From NCBI GenBank assembly GCA_913020145.1, contig CAJWAI010000004.1, positions 1 through 61,029 on the forward strand: 61,029 nt of DNA. Reading direction: 5' to 3'. Of the stretch, positions 1-9,627 are shown one piece after another. Under the pieces are notes generated by a model that did not search any database, was not told the origin of the DNA, and worked only from the letters and a program-made list of their open reading frames with translations. The stretch's first letter is position 1. Every line of letters begins with the position of its first letter. The DNA comes from an uncultured Gammaproteobacteria bacterium (GTDB lineage Bacteria; Pseudomonadota; Gammaproteobacteria; Magnimaribacterales; TMED112). The position numbers were made by a program, and so were the translations under genes.

Positions 1-191
1 ACATTGATTGGGATAAACAAAAAGAAATTGGCGTTCCTGTTAAACCAGCAATTATTGAATACACTGAAACAGGTATAAGAGAAGGAGTTCCTGTAGGCAG
101 CAGACCAGATCTAGATAACATTTTATCTTTTGAAGGCGAAGTAATAGATAATATATATAACAGATATTATATTGAATGCGTGGATTCTTAG
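1..191 (+). CDS. 3' end of an unknown protein truncated by the window edge
   Basis: Frame 3 is open from base 3 (IDWDKQKEIGVPVKPAIIEY...YYIECVDS) to TAG at 189-191, overlapping the next start. Confidence 0.7.
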   Translation, partial: IDWDKQKEIGVPVKPAIIEYTETGIREGVPVGSRPDLDNILSFEGEVIDNIYNRYYIECVDS

Positions 192-964
192 CCTCATTTT
201 CTATCTTGCTCCTGGCTTCATGTAAAAGTGTTGGCCAGATAGAGACTCCAGTTGAAATAATTCAAGGCCAATCGGCCGGCTACGTTCTAATACCTACAGA
301 TAATCTAGATTCTGGTTATTTAATCACTCAGGATAATGCAAGATTTCTAGTGTATGGATTACCTTATGTAGATGAAGATACTGAAATTAATGTTAAAGGT
401 AGAGCCATATTGATCAATTACAGCGATTATGGAGAATCTAGAATTGAAATTGATAATGAATCTCTTGTTAATCCCAGCCTTGAGGACCGTGAAAGAGCTT
501 CTGGTGAATATTTAAAAGTACTAAGCATTACAAAAGGAAGTTCAGCTCAATTTGATCAAGATTTTAACTTCATTACGCCTGTTAATGCAGTAATCACTAG
601 CCGTTTTGGTAAGAGAAGATTTATAAATGGTAATCCTCGTTCACCTCATATGGGATTAGATATTAGAGGAGCAGTTGGAACTCCAATTGTTGCACCGAAG
701 AGAGGCAAAGTTGTTCTAGCTGAGAGCCATTTTTACAGTGGCAATATCGTAATAATCGATCATGGAGGAGGGCTGTTCACTTCTTTCAGTCATTTAGATA
801 GTTTTAAAGTAGAGCTTGGCGATATAGTAGATCAAGGTCAAGAATTTGCTTTTGTAGGTTCGACAGGAAGAGTAACAGGGCCACACTTACATTGGGTGGT
901 CTATCTCAATGGCAACAGAATCAACCCAGAATTATTGGTAGAGCTAGAATTAGCTCAAGACTGA
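176..964 (+). CDS. M23 family metallopeptidase, probable lipoprotein
   Basis: HMGLD (HxxxD) and GPHLH motifs, 'STGRVTGPHLH'; N-terminal LLLASC lipobox. Confidence 0.92.
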   Translation: MRGFLASFSILLLASCKSVGQIETPVEIIQGQSAGYVLIPTDNLDSGYLITQDNARFLVYGLPYVDEDTEINVKGRAILINYSDYGESRIEIDNESLVNPSLEDRERASGEYLKVLSITKGSSAQFDQDFNFITPVNAVITSRFGKRRFINGNPRSPHMGLDIRGAVGTPIVAPKRGKVVLAESHFYSGNIVIIDHGGGLFTSFSHLDSFKVELGDIVDQGQEFAFVGSTGRVTGPHLHWVVYLNGNRINPELLVELELAQD

Positions 965-1557
965 AGAAAGAATTTTTTCCATGCTGCAGATTCTTTTTTA
1001 TAGCATTCTCTGTAATTGAGTCTTGCTTCATTAGCTTCCCAAAATTCAAAATAATCTACCTTAATTTGATATCCACCCCAATTGTCTGGCCTTTTTTCTT
1101 CTATTTCACCTGAATCAACCTTTTGTCTGATTACTTCATATTTTTCTTTAAGTAGTTCATAAGACTCGATTTCTTCAGACTGGTTTGAGACCATAGCAGC
1201 AATATTTTTACCTGCATCTCGGCCAAAAAAGTGTTCATCTGAAAATTTTTCTTCACATTTTGAAATAGTCCCTTCAATTCTTACTTGTGTTTCTATAGAA
1301 GGCCACCAAAAATTTACACATATATTATTGTTGGCAGAAAAATTATCTGCCTTTTTACTTTTATAGCTACTAAAAAAAATAAGGTTATCTTCAAAAAAAT
1401 ATTTAAAATTAACAAAACGAGAATGAGGCTTATTCTCATTATCAACAGAGCTTATGCATCCAGCCTCAATAAATTTTTCACCATGTTCTTCTGCTTTCAA
1501 ATAATAATCTTGAAAGTTTAAAAAAGGACTAGATTGAGGCAAATTCTTAAATTCCAT
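955..1557 (-). CDS. pdxH: Pyridoxine/pyridoxamine 5'-phosphate oxidase
   Basis: PHSRFVNFK, SxK, FWW..QVRIEG, RPDNWGGY, EFW..RL motifs of the PdxH family. Confidence 0.85.
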   Translation of the reverse strand: MEFKNLPQSSPFLNFQDYYLKAEEHGEKFIEAGCISSVDNENKPHSRFVNFKYFFEDNLIFFSSYKSKKADNFSANNNICVNFWWPSIETQVRIEGTISKCEEKFSDEHFFGRDAGKNIAAMVSNQSEEIESYELLKEKYEVIRQKVDSGEIEEKRPDNWGGYQIKVDYFEFWEANEARLNYRECYKKESAAWKKFFLQS

Positions 1558-2951
1558 TATTTTAGAAATCTAATTTGTATAGCATCAGCGAAAATATCAG
1601 AAAAGACTCCTGAAATAACGATAAGTTTATTTTTGGTTTTGAACTTATATGCACTTTTCAATACTTGGAAAGCATTTTTAATTGTCTTTTCATGATCTTT
1701 ACTAAAATTTAAAAAAATATTTTCTATTGATGATGAGATTGAAAGTTTATTCTGTGTAGCTCTATTATTTGTAAATGCAAAAACTGGGACCCTAGGCCTT
1801 GCACTTGATATTAATTCCGCAGTAAAACCACTTCTTGTCAAAACAACAATTGCATCAGCATCTATTTTTTTTGCAAGTTTTACTGATGTTGCAGCTAAAG
1901 TATGCCAATCACTTTCATGTTTTAGGTTGCTTTCAAAATGAAGTGTCTCAGATCTCTCAGCATTTAGAGAAATATCTCTTAAGTACTGTACGCACTTAAT
2001 TGGATGTTTCCCAATACTTGTTTCCCCAGATAGCATCAATGCATCTGCACCCTCATAAACAGCATTAGTAACATCTGATACTTCAGCTCTTGTCGGATGC
2101 GGTTTATTTATCATTGATTCAAGTAACTGTGTGGCAACAATGGATTTTTTTCCTAATTCAGAAGCTATTTTTACCATATTTCTTTGCACATAAGGCAGAT
2201 TAGTCATATCTGTCTCAATACCAAGGTCACCTCTTGCTATCATCAGACCATCACTATTTTTTGTTATCTCTCTTATGTTTTTTACACCCTCTTGATCTTC
2301 AACCTTTGCAAATATTTCAGGCTGACACTTATTTTTACTTAAAAATTTATTTAATTCTTTTAAATCTTTTGCAGATCTGCAAAAGGATAGTGCTATAAAA
2401 TCGATACCGACATTTAATGCTTCATTTAAATCTGCTTTATCTTTGTCTGTCAGTGTTGGTAATTTAATTCTTGCACCAGGGAAATTAACATGTTTCTTTT
2501 CTGATATTATTCCACTATCTAGAACCAAGCATTTAATACCTTGCTTTGAAATTGATGTTATTTTCAAATCTATTTGGCCATTATCGAGAGAAATTTTCCC
2601 ACCAACTTTCAGACCTTTGATATGTGAAAGATTATCAACAATAAGTTGATTCTTCTTTTTTTGGCTCTTAGAAACAAGTAAAATCTCATCGCCTTTAGTG
2701 AGTTCAATGTCTTTGCCAAAGTTTGCAGTTCTAATTTCTGGTCCTTGGGTATCAATCATTACACCGACAGAAGAAGTAATTTTTTTATTTAATGCCTTAA
2801 TTTCATTAATAATTTTTCTCATATCCATTATTGATGTATGGGACATATTTATTCGTATAACATTCATTCCTTTGTCATAAAGTTTCTTTAATAAAGTTGA
2901 GGAATTAGTTGAAGGGCCTACAGTAGAGATTATTTTTGTTCTTTTATGCAT
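1557..2951 (-). CDS. pyk: Pyruvate kinase
   Basis: RTKIISTVGP, RINMSH, DTQGPEIRT, MIARGDLG, ATQLLESM, PTRAEVSDV, MLSGET. Confidence 0.97.
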   Translation of the reverse strand: MHKRTKIISTVGPSTNSSTLLKKLYDKGMNVIRINMSHTSIMDMRKIINEIKALNKKITSSVGVMIDTQGPEIRTANFGKDIELTKGDEILLVSKSQKKKNQLIVDNLSHIKGLKVGGKISLDNGQIDLKITSISKQGIKCLVLDSGIISEKKHVNFPGARIKLPTLTDKDKADLNEALNVGIDFIALSFCRSAKDLKELNKFLSKNKCQPEIFAKVEDQEGVKNIREITKNSDGLMIARGDLGIETDMTNLPYVQRNMVKIASELGKKSIVATQLLESMINKPHPTRAEVSDVTNAVYEGADALMLSGETSIGKHPIKCVQYLRDISLNAERSETLHFESNLKHESDWHTLAATSVKLAKKIDADAIVVLTRSGFTAELISSARPRVPVFAFTNNRATQNKLSISSSIENIFLNFSKDHEKTIKNAFQVLKSAYKFKTKNKLIVISGVFSDIFADAIQIRFLK

Positions 2952-2983
2952 AAGATAATTGTGGATTCTATTATAATCTGATT
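2952..2983. promoter_or_regulatory. 32-bp divergent promoter region pyk/kbl with overlapping -10 boxes
   Basis: TATAAT at 2972-2977, 6 nt before the kbl GTG; TAGAAT and TATAAT on the minus strand facing pyk; no SD. Confidence 0.55.
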
Positions 2984-4177
2984 GTGAGTAAAAGTTTCTA
3001 CAATCATATTGATCATGAGATCGAGCAAATATTAAGTGATGATCTATATAAAAATGAGAGGTTTATAAAATCCCCTCAACAAACAGCAATTAAACTCAAA
3101 GACGGCAAAGAAGTTATGAATTTCTGTGCCAATGATTATCTTGGTTTGGCAAATAATAAGGAAATAAAGGATGCAGCTGCTGCTTCCATCGAGCAAGATG
3201 GTTTTGGTATGGCATCGGTCAGGTTTATATGCGGAACTAATGATTTACATAGAACACTTGAACAAAAGCTAAGCTCTTTTTTAGGTTTTGATGATTGCAT
3301 ACTTTATGTAGCATGTTTTGATGCAAATGGCGGTCTTTTCGAGCCACTTTTTGGTCCTGATGATGCAATAATTAGTGATTCTCTCAACCATGCTTCAATA
3401 ATCGATGGCATAAGACTTTGCAAGGCAAAAAGATATAGATATCAACATAGTGATATGGATGATCTTGAAAAATGTTTGAAACAAGCAGATGCTGACTCAG
3501 CAAAACACAAAGTTATTGTTAGCGATGGTGTTTTTTCAATGGATGGAACATACGCTAAATTGGATAAGATTGTTGAGCTAGCTGAAAAATACGATGCATT
3601 AGTAATGCTTGATGATTGTCATGCCACTGGATTTGTTGGTGAAAAGGGCAAAGGCACAGCTGAACATTTTGGCTTAGAAGGTAAAGTAGATATTCTTAGT
3701 GGTACGCTTGGAAAAGCTCTTGGCGGTGCATCTGGTGGTTTTATATGTGCAAAAGAAAATGTAATTAAGCTTCTAAAGCAAAGATCTAGACCCTATTTAT
3801 TTTCTAATGCATTATCTCCATCTATAGTCTCTGCATCTTTAAAAGCTTTAGAGATTGTTCAGGATCAGCCAGAAAGAAGAAAAAGAATTAAAGAAAATAC
3901 AACTTATTTTAGAGACTCTATAAAATCTTTAGGCTTTAAAATTAAGGGTGATATGCATCCTATAACTCCAGTAATGTTAGGAGAAGCTAAGATTGCACAA
4001 GAAATGTCAAAGAAGCTTCTTGAAGAGGGTTTATATGCAATTGGCTTCTTTTATCCTGTTGTGCCTAAAGGTGAAGCTAGAATCAGATTACAAATTACAA
4101 GTGAACATACAAAACAACAGCTTGACGAAGCCGTTAAAATATTCGATAAAGTTGGAAAGGAATTGAAAGTCATATGA
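2984..4177 (+). CDS. kbl: Glycine C-acetyltransferase (2-amino-3-ketobutyrate CoA ligase)
   Basis: NFCANDYLGL, GMASVRFICGT, LNHASIIDG, DDCHATG, GTLGKALGG (PLP Lys), RSRPYLFSN; adjacent to tdh. Confidence 0.97.
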   Translation: MSKSFYNHIDHEIEQILSDDLYKNERFIKSPQQTAIKLKDGKEVMNFCANDYLGLANNKEIKDAAAASIEQDGFGMASVRFICGTNDLHRTLEQKLSSFLGFDDCILYVACFDANGGLFEPLFGPDDAIISDSLNHASIIDGIRLCKAKRYRYQHSDMDDLEKCLKQADADSAKHKVIVSDGVFSMDGTYAKLDKIVELAEKYDALVMLDDCHATGFVGEKGKGTAEHFGLEGKVDILSGTLGKALGGASGGFICAKENVIKLLKQRSRPYLFSNALSPSIVSASLKALEIVQDQPERRKRIKENTTYFRDSIKSLGFKIKGDMHPITPVMLGEAKIAQEMSKKLLEEGLYAIGFFYPVVPKGEARIRLQITSEHTKQQLDEAVKIFDKVGKELKVI

Positions 4178-5199
4178 AAGCATTAGTTAAAGAAAAATCA
4201 GAAGTTGGACTAAAATTACAAGAAGTAAAGACGCCTAAAATAAAATCTGATGAAGTGCTAATTAAAGTTAAGACGACAGCTATATGTGGGACTGATTTGC
4301 ATATTTGGAATTGGGATAATTGGGCAAGTAAAACAATTAAGCCTCCAATGACTGTTGGTCATGAGTTTATGGGGGAAATTATAGAAATTGGCAGTGCTGT
4401 TGAGGGACTAACAATAGGAGATAGAGTCTCAGCAGAATCACATATGGTTGGACAGGTAAGCAGAAATGCTAGAGCAGGTAAATTACATCTTGACCCTGAC
4501 ACTGTAAATTTAGGTGTTGATAGAGACGGTGCTTTTGCTGAATTCGTTTCAATTCCATCAAGAAATGTAGTGCAACTTCCAGATTCTGTAGATAACGAAA
4601 TGGGAGCGATACTAGATCCCTTTGGTAATGCTATTCATGCTACTTTATCTTTTGACCTTGTTGGGGAAGATGTTTTGATAACAGGAGCAGGACCAATAGG
4701 TATTATGTCTGCAGCTATTGCTCTTCATGTTGGAGCTAGAAAAGTTCTAATAACTGATATTAATGATGATAGGTTATCTCTTGCAAAAACTGTATGCAAT
4801 GTTGAGACACTTAATCCATCAAAAGAAAATATAGAAGATAAAATGAAAGATATGGGCTTAAAGGAAGGTTTTGATATCGGATTAGAGATGTCTGGTTCAG
4901 AAGCTGCCCTAGATCAAATGATTGATTCGATGCTTATGGGAGGAAATATAGCCCTACTAGGCTTGCCATCAGATCCAATTAACTTAGATCTATCTAAAAT
5001 AATCTTTAAGGCTCTAAACTTAAAAGCTATTTATGGCAGAGAAATGTTTGAAACCTGGTACAAAGGACTAGCTCTCATCGATTCTGGGCTAGATGTAAAA
5101 AATGTGATCACTCATTCTTTTCATTACACTGATTTTGAAAAAGCATTTCAATTATTGAATGAAGGAAAAGCTGGAAAAGTAGTGCTTAATTGGGACTAG
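4174..5199 (+). CDS. tdh: L-threonine 3-dehydrogenase
   Basis: AICGTDLHIWNWD, GHEF, DPFGNA, ITGAGPIG, IYGREMFETWY; ATGA overlap with kbl. Confidence 0.96.
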   Translation: MKALVKEKSEVGLKLQEVKTPKIKSDEVLIKVKTTAICGTDLHIWNWDNWASKTIKPPMTVGHEFMGEIIEIGSAVEGLTIGDRVSAESHMVGQVSRNARAGKLHLDPDTVNLGVDRDGAFAEFVSIPSRNVVQLPDSVDNEMGAILDPFGNAIHATLSFDLVGEDVLITGAGPIGIMSAAIALHVGARKVLITDINDDRLSLAKTVCNVETLNPSKENIEDKMKDMGLKEGFDIGLEMSGSEAALDQMIDSMLMGGNIALLGLPSDPINLDLSKIIFKALNLKAIYGREMFETWYKGLALIDSGLDVKNVITHSFHYTDFEKAFQLLNEGKAGKVVLNWD

Positions 5200-6361
5200 G
5201 ATCACTAAGCCCAAAAATTAAATCCTGTATTTTACTTACACCTGGACATGCATCTGGAGCAGTAAAAGGGCAATTTAACTCTGATACACCAAGTGATTTA
5301 GTGTCTGGAAAATTAATGCTAGGGTCATCCTCAGGCATTTGGCCAGGCTCAGTTTCAGTGGCAACTAAGGTCGTAATATATTTAACCCATGAATAGGGCA
5401 TCCATAATAAATATTCTAAAATTCCAAATTCTACTTGATGGCCTTTTTCATAATTATGAAAATATTTAGTGAATCTGACTGTAGATATTCCATCTTCAGG
5501 AATAAAAAACATAAACTGCCCATCAGTTACTTCGAGACCAACTAAAGTTTTTTCTTGGTTAAATTTTCTTACACTCCAATGTAGCCCAAACCATTCTCCA
5601 GTTCCTTGAGAAAGTGGCTTTATAGATTCTTTTAGAAATTCTTCATTGATAATTTGGATTCCATTTAATCTTCCATTATTCATAAATAAATTTGCAAACT
5701 TTAAGAAATCTTTCGGCATTAAATCTATTCCATAATAAGTCATGTCATTTCCTGCAGAATCACTCCATAAACCATGCTTTTCAATGCCTAAAGGATTAAA
5801 TATCTCTCTAATTAGAACATTGTGAGGTTCGTCATTAAAAATATTTTTGATAATAGGGTTTAACAGCATTGTATTAACATTATTATATTCATAGGTCTCA
5901 CCTTGAGGCATGGCTGGATCAACATTCATTGCAAATTCTAAATTATTCATTGAAAAGAACATTTCTTCATTTTGATATTCAGTAATCTCAAGCCCAGAGC
6001 GCATGGCTAATAAGTTATATAGGGTCAGTTGTGATTTGGAATCCTCAATCAATTCTGGAATAAAAAAACTTATAGGTTTCTGAAGGTCTTCATATGAAAT
6101 CAACCCTTTTTCTATAGCTACTCCAAAAAGAGCAGCATAAAATGTTTTTGATATTGACCAAGATGTTGCAAAATCATCACTTGAATAACCCTCCGCATAG
6201 TACTCATGTACCACCTTGTTATTATTGGATATCAGAAAGCTTTGAGTAGCATCATCAGATTCGATCAACTCGACCAATTGCCTTAGAACTTCTCCATTAA
6301 GGTTCTCTTTTGAAGCAATACTTAAAGATAATGATAAGGCCAGTAAAAATCTAGCTATCAT
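5186..6361 (-). CDS. Serine hydrolase, beta-lactamase/family VIII esterase fold, exported
   Basis: SWSISK (SxxK), LLAMRSGL, YEYNN (YxN); signal peptide. Confidence 0.88.
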   Translation of the reverse strand: MIARFLLALSLSLSIASKENLNGEVLRQLVELIESDDATQSFLISNNNKVVHEYYAEGYSSDDFATSWSISKTFYAALFGVAIEKGLISYEDLQKPISFFIPELIEDSKSQLTLYNLLAMRSGLEITEYQNEEMFFSMNNLEFAMNVDPAMPQGETYEYNNVNTMLLNPIIKNIFNDEPHNVLIREIFNPLGIEKHGLWSDSAGNDMTYYGIDLMPKDFLKFANLFMNNGRLNGIQIINEEFLKESIKPLSQGTGEWFGLHWSVRKFNQEKTLVGLEVTDGQFMFFIPEDGISTVRFTKYFHNYEKGHQVEFGILEYLLWMPYSWVKYITTLVATETEPGQMPEDDPSINFPDTKSLGVSELNCPFTAPDACPGVSKIQDLIFGLSDPSPN

Positions 6362-7547
6362 CTTTTTCTAGATCAGCAATTCTTTCCACAATCTTTACAT
6401 AATTCTCATAGAATTCTTTTGACTCTCCGTCTGCGTCTGTATAAGGTATGACAACACTACCACCATCAATATCTATTAGGCCAATCCACATTAAAAATCT
6501 TGAAAAATTAATAGCTCTATTAACGCTACCCAAGAAACGTAAGTAGCCTAATGGGCCCCAATCCTGAACATCACCTTCAACTGGCCTATATTTTGTAATT
6601 CTAGTAAAAATGATATCTCTTTCTTTATCGAGGAATACAAACTGTCCAAATTTACCACTTGTATTATAAATTTTTGCTTGATCATCATATTTAGAAATCC
6701 ACCATTGAAGACTATACCCTCTTGTATCGCTATGAGCCCATCCCATACTTGGTGTAGAGCCCCAATAAAGCTTTAAAGATTCATCAACATAATTTTTTGA
6801 AATGACTTGTTCGCCATTCCAGTTGCCATTTCTTGAAAATAAGATTCCAAATCTTGAATAATCTCTAGCAGACATATCTAAACAACAATAAGTAAGAGTA
6901 TTGCCTGCGCTATCTTCCCATGCAGTGTAATTTTTTAAACCAATTTTACTAAATAGCCTCTCTTCAATTAATTGTTTTGCAGTTTTACCTGTCGCACCTT
7001 TAAGTATTTCGCCCATTAACATTGAATTAACATTGTTATATTGAAATACTTCACCCGGATTATTTTCGACGCCAACTTCATATGCATATTCCATATGGTC
7101 AGGTTCAAAAAACATCATTTCATGCTCATGACTTGGGAACTCTAAACCACTAGTCATATTCAAAACTTGTCTTATAGTAATGTCCTTCTTTTTTCCTTCG
7201 TCATATGCAGGCACGTATTTTGCTACTGGATCATCTAAGCTATCAATTTCTCCATTATCTAGAGATATTCCAACAAGCGCAGCATAAAAACTTTTAGCGG
7301 TCGACCATGAAGTACCGTAAGAATCCTCATTATAACCTTCAGCATATTGCTCTTTTATGATGTACCCATCTTTTATAAGAACGGCACTCATTGTTGCGTC
7401 ATCTGAAAAAGTTAGATCAAATAGCTCTTCTATTTTTAATTTATCTAAACCAACTTCATCATGATTTTTTGTTTCCCAAGCATCATCTGGAAAATAAGGA
7501 TTGGCAAAAATATAGCCACATAGTAAAAATATTGAAAGTACTCTCAT
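6351..7547 (-). CDS. Serine hydrolase, beta-lactamase/family VIII esterase fold, exported (paralog)
   Basis: SWSTAK, VLNMTSGL, FQYNN, TSGKFGQ; signal peptide; SD-like AAGGGGG upstream. Confidence 0.9.
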   Translation of the reverse strand: MRVLSIFLLCGYIFANPYFPDDAWETKNHDEVGLDKLKIEELFDLTFSDDATMSAVLIKDGYIIKEQYAEGYNEDSYGTSWSTAKSFYAALVGISLDNGEIDSLDDPVAKYVPAYDEGKKKDITIRQVLNMTSGLEFPSHEHEMMFFEPDHMEYAYEVGVENNPGEVFQYNNVNSMLMGEILKGATGKTAKQLIEERLFSKIGLKNYTAWEDSAGNTLTYCCLDMSARDYSRFGILFSRNGNWNGEQVISKNYVDESLKLYWGSTPSMGWAHSDTRGYSLQWWISKYDDQAKIYNTSGKFGQFVFLDKERDIIFTRITKYRPVEGDVQDWGPLGYLRFLGSVNRAINFSRFLMWIGLIDIDGGSVVIPYTDADGESKEFYENYVKIVERIADLEKDDS

Positions 7548-7595
7548 AAGTCCCCCTTTAAATCATTTCTCTTGATAAAATACTAAGGTAATTCC

Positions 7596-8162
7596 ATGAA
7601 TTTATACAGTCTTAAACATATATCTCATCAAATAGATGGAAAGCTAATATTTTCTGATGTTTCAGAAGTGATTAACTCTGGTGAAATAATTGAGATAAGA
7701 GGTAAAAATGGATCTGGAAAAACAACTCTTCTCAAAATAATTACCGGAATAATTAATTGTAAAAATATTGATTCAGGTGCTATGACATTGGATCATGTTT
7801 CTTATCTTGGCCACAAAAATGCTCTGATAGAAGAAATAACCTTGAGACAAAATTTTGAAATTCTTGGAATAGAAGTTGAGAAGGGTCTCTTCAAAAAATT
7901 TGATCTATCACAATTAAAAAATCAGAAAATTTTTAATCTGTCGTATGGAGAAAAAAGAAAAGTAGCATTAGTAAGATTAATTAGCTCAAGAAAAAATATT
8001 TGGATAATGGATGAACCATTTGCAGGACTGGATAGTAAAGCAATAGCAGAGCTCAAGGATATTATCAGTAAGCATATTGAAAAAAATGGGACTGTGATAA
8101 TGACGAATCATCAAGAAGAAATTCCTGAAAGTAAAAAAATTATTTTGAGGCCAGTAGAATGA
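7596..8162 (+). CDS. ccmA: Cytochrome c maturation ABC ATPase CcmA
   Basis: GKNGSGKTT, YLGHKN, LSYGEK, WIMDEPF; first gene of the ccm cluster. Confidence 0.92.
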   Translation: MNLYSLKHISHQIDGKLIFSDVSEVINSGEIIEIRGKNGSGKTTLLKIITGIINCKNIDSGAMTLDHVSYLGHKNALIEEITLRQNFEILGIEVEKGLFKKFDLSQLKNQKIFNLSYGEKRKVALVRLISSRKNIWIMDEPFAGLDSKAIAELKDIISKHIEKNGTVIMTNHQEEIPESKKIILRPVE

Positions 8163-8773
8163 ATAAAGCTTTACAGAGAGAATTAAAATTATTCTTTTTG
8201 ATTCCAAAGAATATTTATTTACCTATTTCGATTTTTGGAATTATTTTTGTAATTTTCCTAGTTTTAGATCTAGATAATAGCCTTAACTATGCTAGTTCAT
8301 TCATCGCATCATTCATAACAATATTTATTATTTCAGAAAATTCATTTAAGGATGATCATAATAATGGTTATCTAGAACAAAAATTATCTGAAGGCGGCAT
8401 ATCAGATATTTTTTTGTATCTTTTGGCTAAGTGGATAACTAATGTATTTTTTGTATTTATCCCAATTGCGATAATTTCACTAATATTTCAAGGACATGAG
8501 ATATCTATAGAACTTTTTGGTACTTATGTAATTATGCTGAGCACTCTTTATTTTTTCTTTAATCTTGGTAGTGCAATATCTCTAAAAAGGAATAATTCAC
8601 TTAATGCCTTATTGATTATTCCACTTTTAATACCATTTATTATTCTAGTTAAAGGAATCTTTGTTGATGGTCAACTTGAGCCAAATTTTTGGTTTTTATT
8701 TGCGTATTTTGTATTCGCATCTTCCTTTATCTTTTACACAATTTTACAAGTTTTAAGAATACAGAGCAGGTGA
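8159..8773 (+). CDS. ccmB: Heme exporter membrane protein CcmB
   Basis: Multi-TM; FKDDHNNGYLEQ and LLIIPLLIPFII motifs; lies between ccmA and ccmC. Confidence 0.88.
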   Translation: MNKALQRELKLFFLIPKNIYLPISIFGIIFVIFLVLDLDNSLNYASSFIASFITIFIISENSFKDDHNNGYLEQKLSEGGISDIFLYLLAKWITNVFFVFIPIAIISLIFQGHEISIELFGTYVIMLSTLYFFFNLGSAISLKRNNSLNALLIIPLLIPFIILVKGIFVDGQLEPNFWFLFAYFVFASSFIFYTILQVLRIQSR

Positions 8774-8774
8774 G

Positions 8775-9506
8775 ATGTATCAATATGTAGCAAAATATTT
8801 GGTCCTTAATAAAGTCTTCAGGTTTTTTGAAAAGGCTATATTTCCATCAATAATTATTGGGCTAATTGGATTTCTTTTAGCTTCGTATTTAGCAATATAT
8901 GTATTGCCAGCAGACGCTGAACAAAAAGAGATTTATAGAATTCTATTTATCCATGTGCCTTCAGCTATCTTATCTGAAATTATTTATATATTTATGGCGG
9001 TTAGTGGTTTTATTTATTTGGTCTGGAGAACGAAGATCTCTGCTATATTTCTTAATTCTGCTATTAGCATAGGTTTAGTATTCACAGCCCTAGTTTTAAT
9101 GACTGGATCAATTTGGGGTAAACCCACTTGGGGCACCTATTGGGTCTGGGATGCGAGAATAACATCAACCTTTATTTTATTTGTCCAATACATTGGTTTA
9201 CTTGCTTTACGGTCTTCATTTAGCTCTCATCAGACTGCAGATCAGATTGTAAGTATCCTTGCGATAATAGGAGCAATTAATATTCCTATTATTAAATTCT
9301 CAGTAGATTGGTGGAATACCTTACATCAAGGTGCCAGCATAACTACAAGTGGCAGTTCAATTGACTCAGAGATGCTTTATGCGCTTCCCATAATGTTGAT
9401 AGCTCTTTTATTTATATCTTTTGCTATTTTTGGCAGAAATATTCAATTTGAAATACTAAATCGAAGCAGTAATACAAAAATGATTAAAGAGGTGCTTAAT
9501 GGATAG
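8775..9506 (+). CDS. ccmC: Heme exporter CcmC
   Basis: IHVP, WGKPTWGTYWVWDAR (WWD domain), WWNTLHQ. Confidence 0.96.
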   Translation: MYQYVAKYLVLNKVFRFFEKAIFPSIIIGLIGFLLASYLAIYVLPADAEQKEIYRILFIHVPSAILSEIIYIFMAVSGFIYLVWRTKISAIFLNSAISIGLVFTALVLMTGSIWGKPTWGTYWVWDARITSTFILFVQYIGLLALRSSFSSHQTADQIVSILAIIGAINIPIIKFSVDWWNTLHQGASITTSGSSIDSEMLYALPIMLIALLFISFAIFGRNIQFEILNRSSNTKMIKEVLNG

Positions 9507-9627
9507 TCTATCTACAGTCATCTTTACATATATCTTGTCTATTTCAGCTATTTTATTTCTTTATTCTCTTTCATATATGAGGTATTCAAAGAAATTAAAA
9601 GACTGCCAGGAAGATTTAAATGATTAG
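9499..9627 (+). CDS. ccmD: Probable CcmD (42 aa, not in ORF track)
   Basis: MDSLSTVIFTYILSISAILFLYSLSYMRYSKKLKDCQEDLND: one TM plus basic tail, GAGG SD upstream, overlaps ccmC stop and ccmE start. Confidence 0.75.
   Translation: MDSLSTVIFTYILSISAILFLYSLSYMRYSKKLKDCQEDLND

Noticed and set aside
5186-7547. Antibiotic-resistance beta-lactamases
   Set aside because: The SxxK/YxN fold is shared with esterases and amidases; no KTG triad and no mobile context
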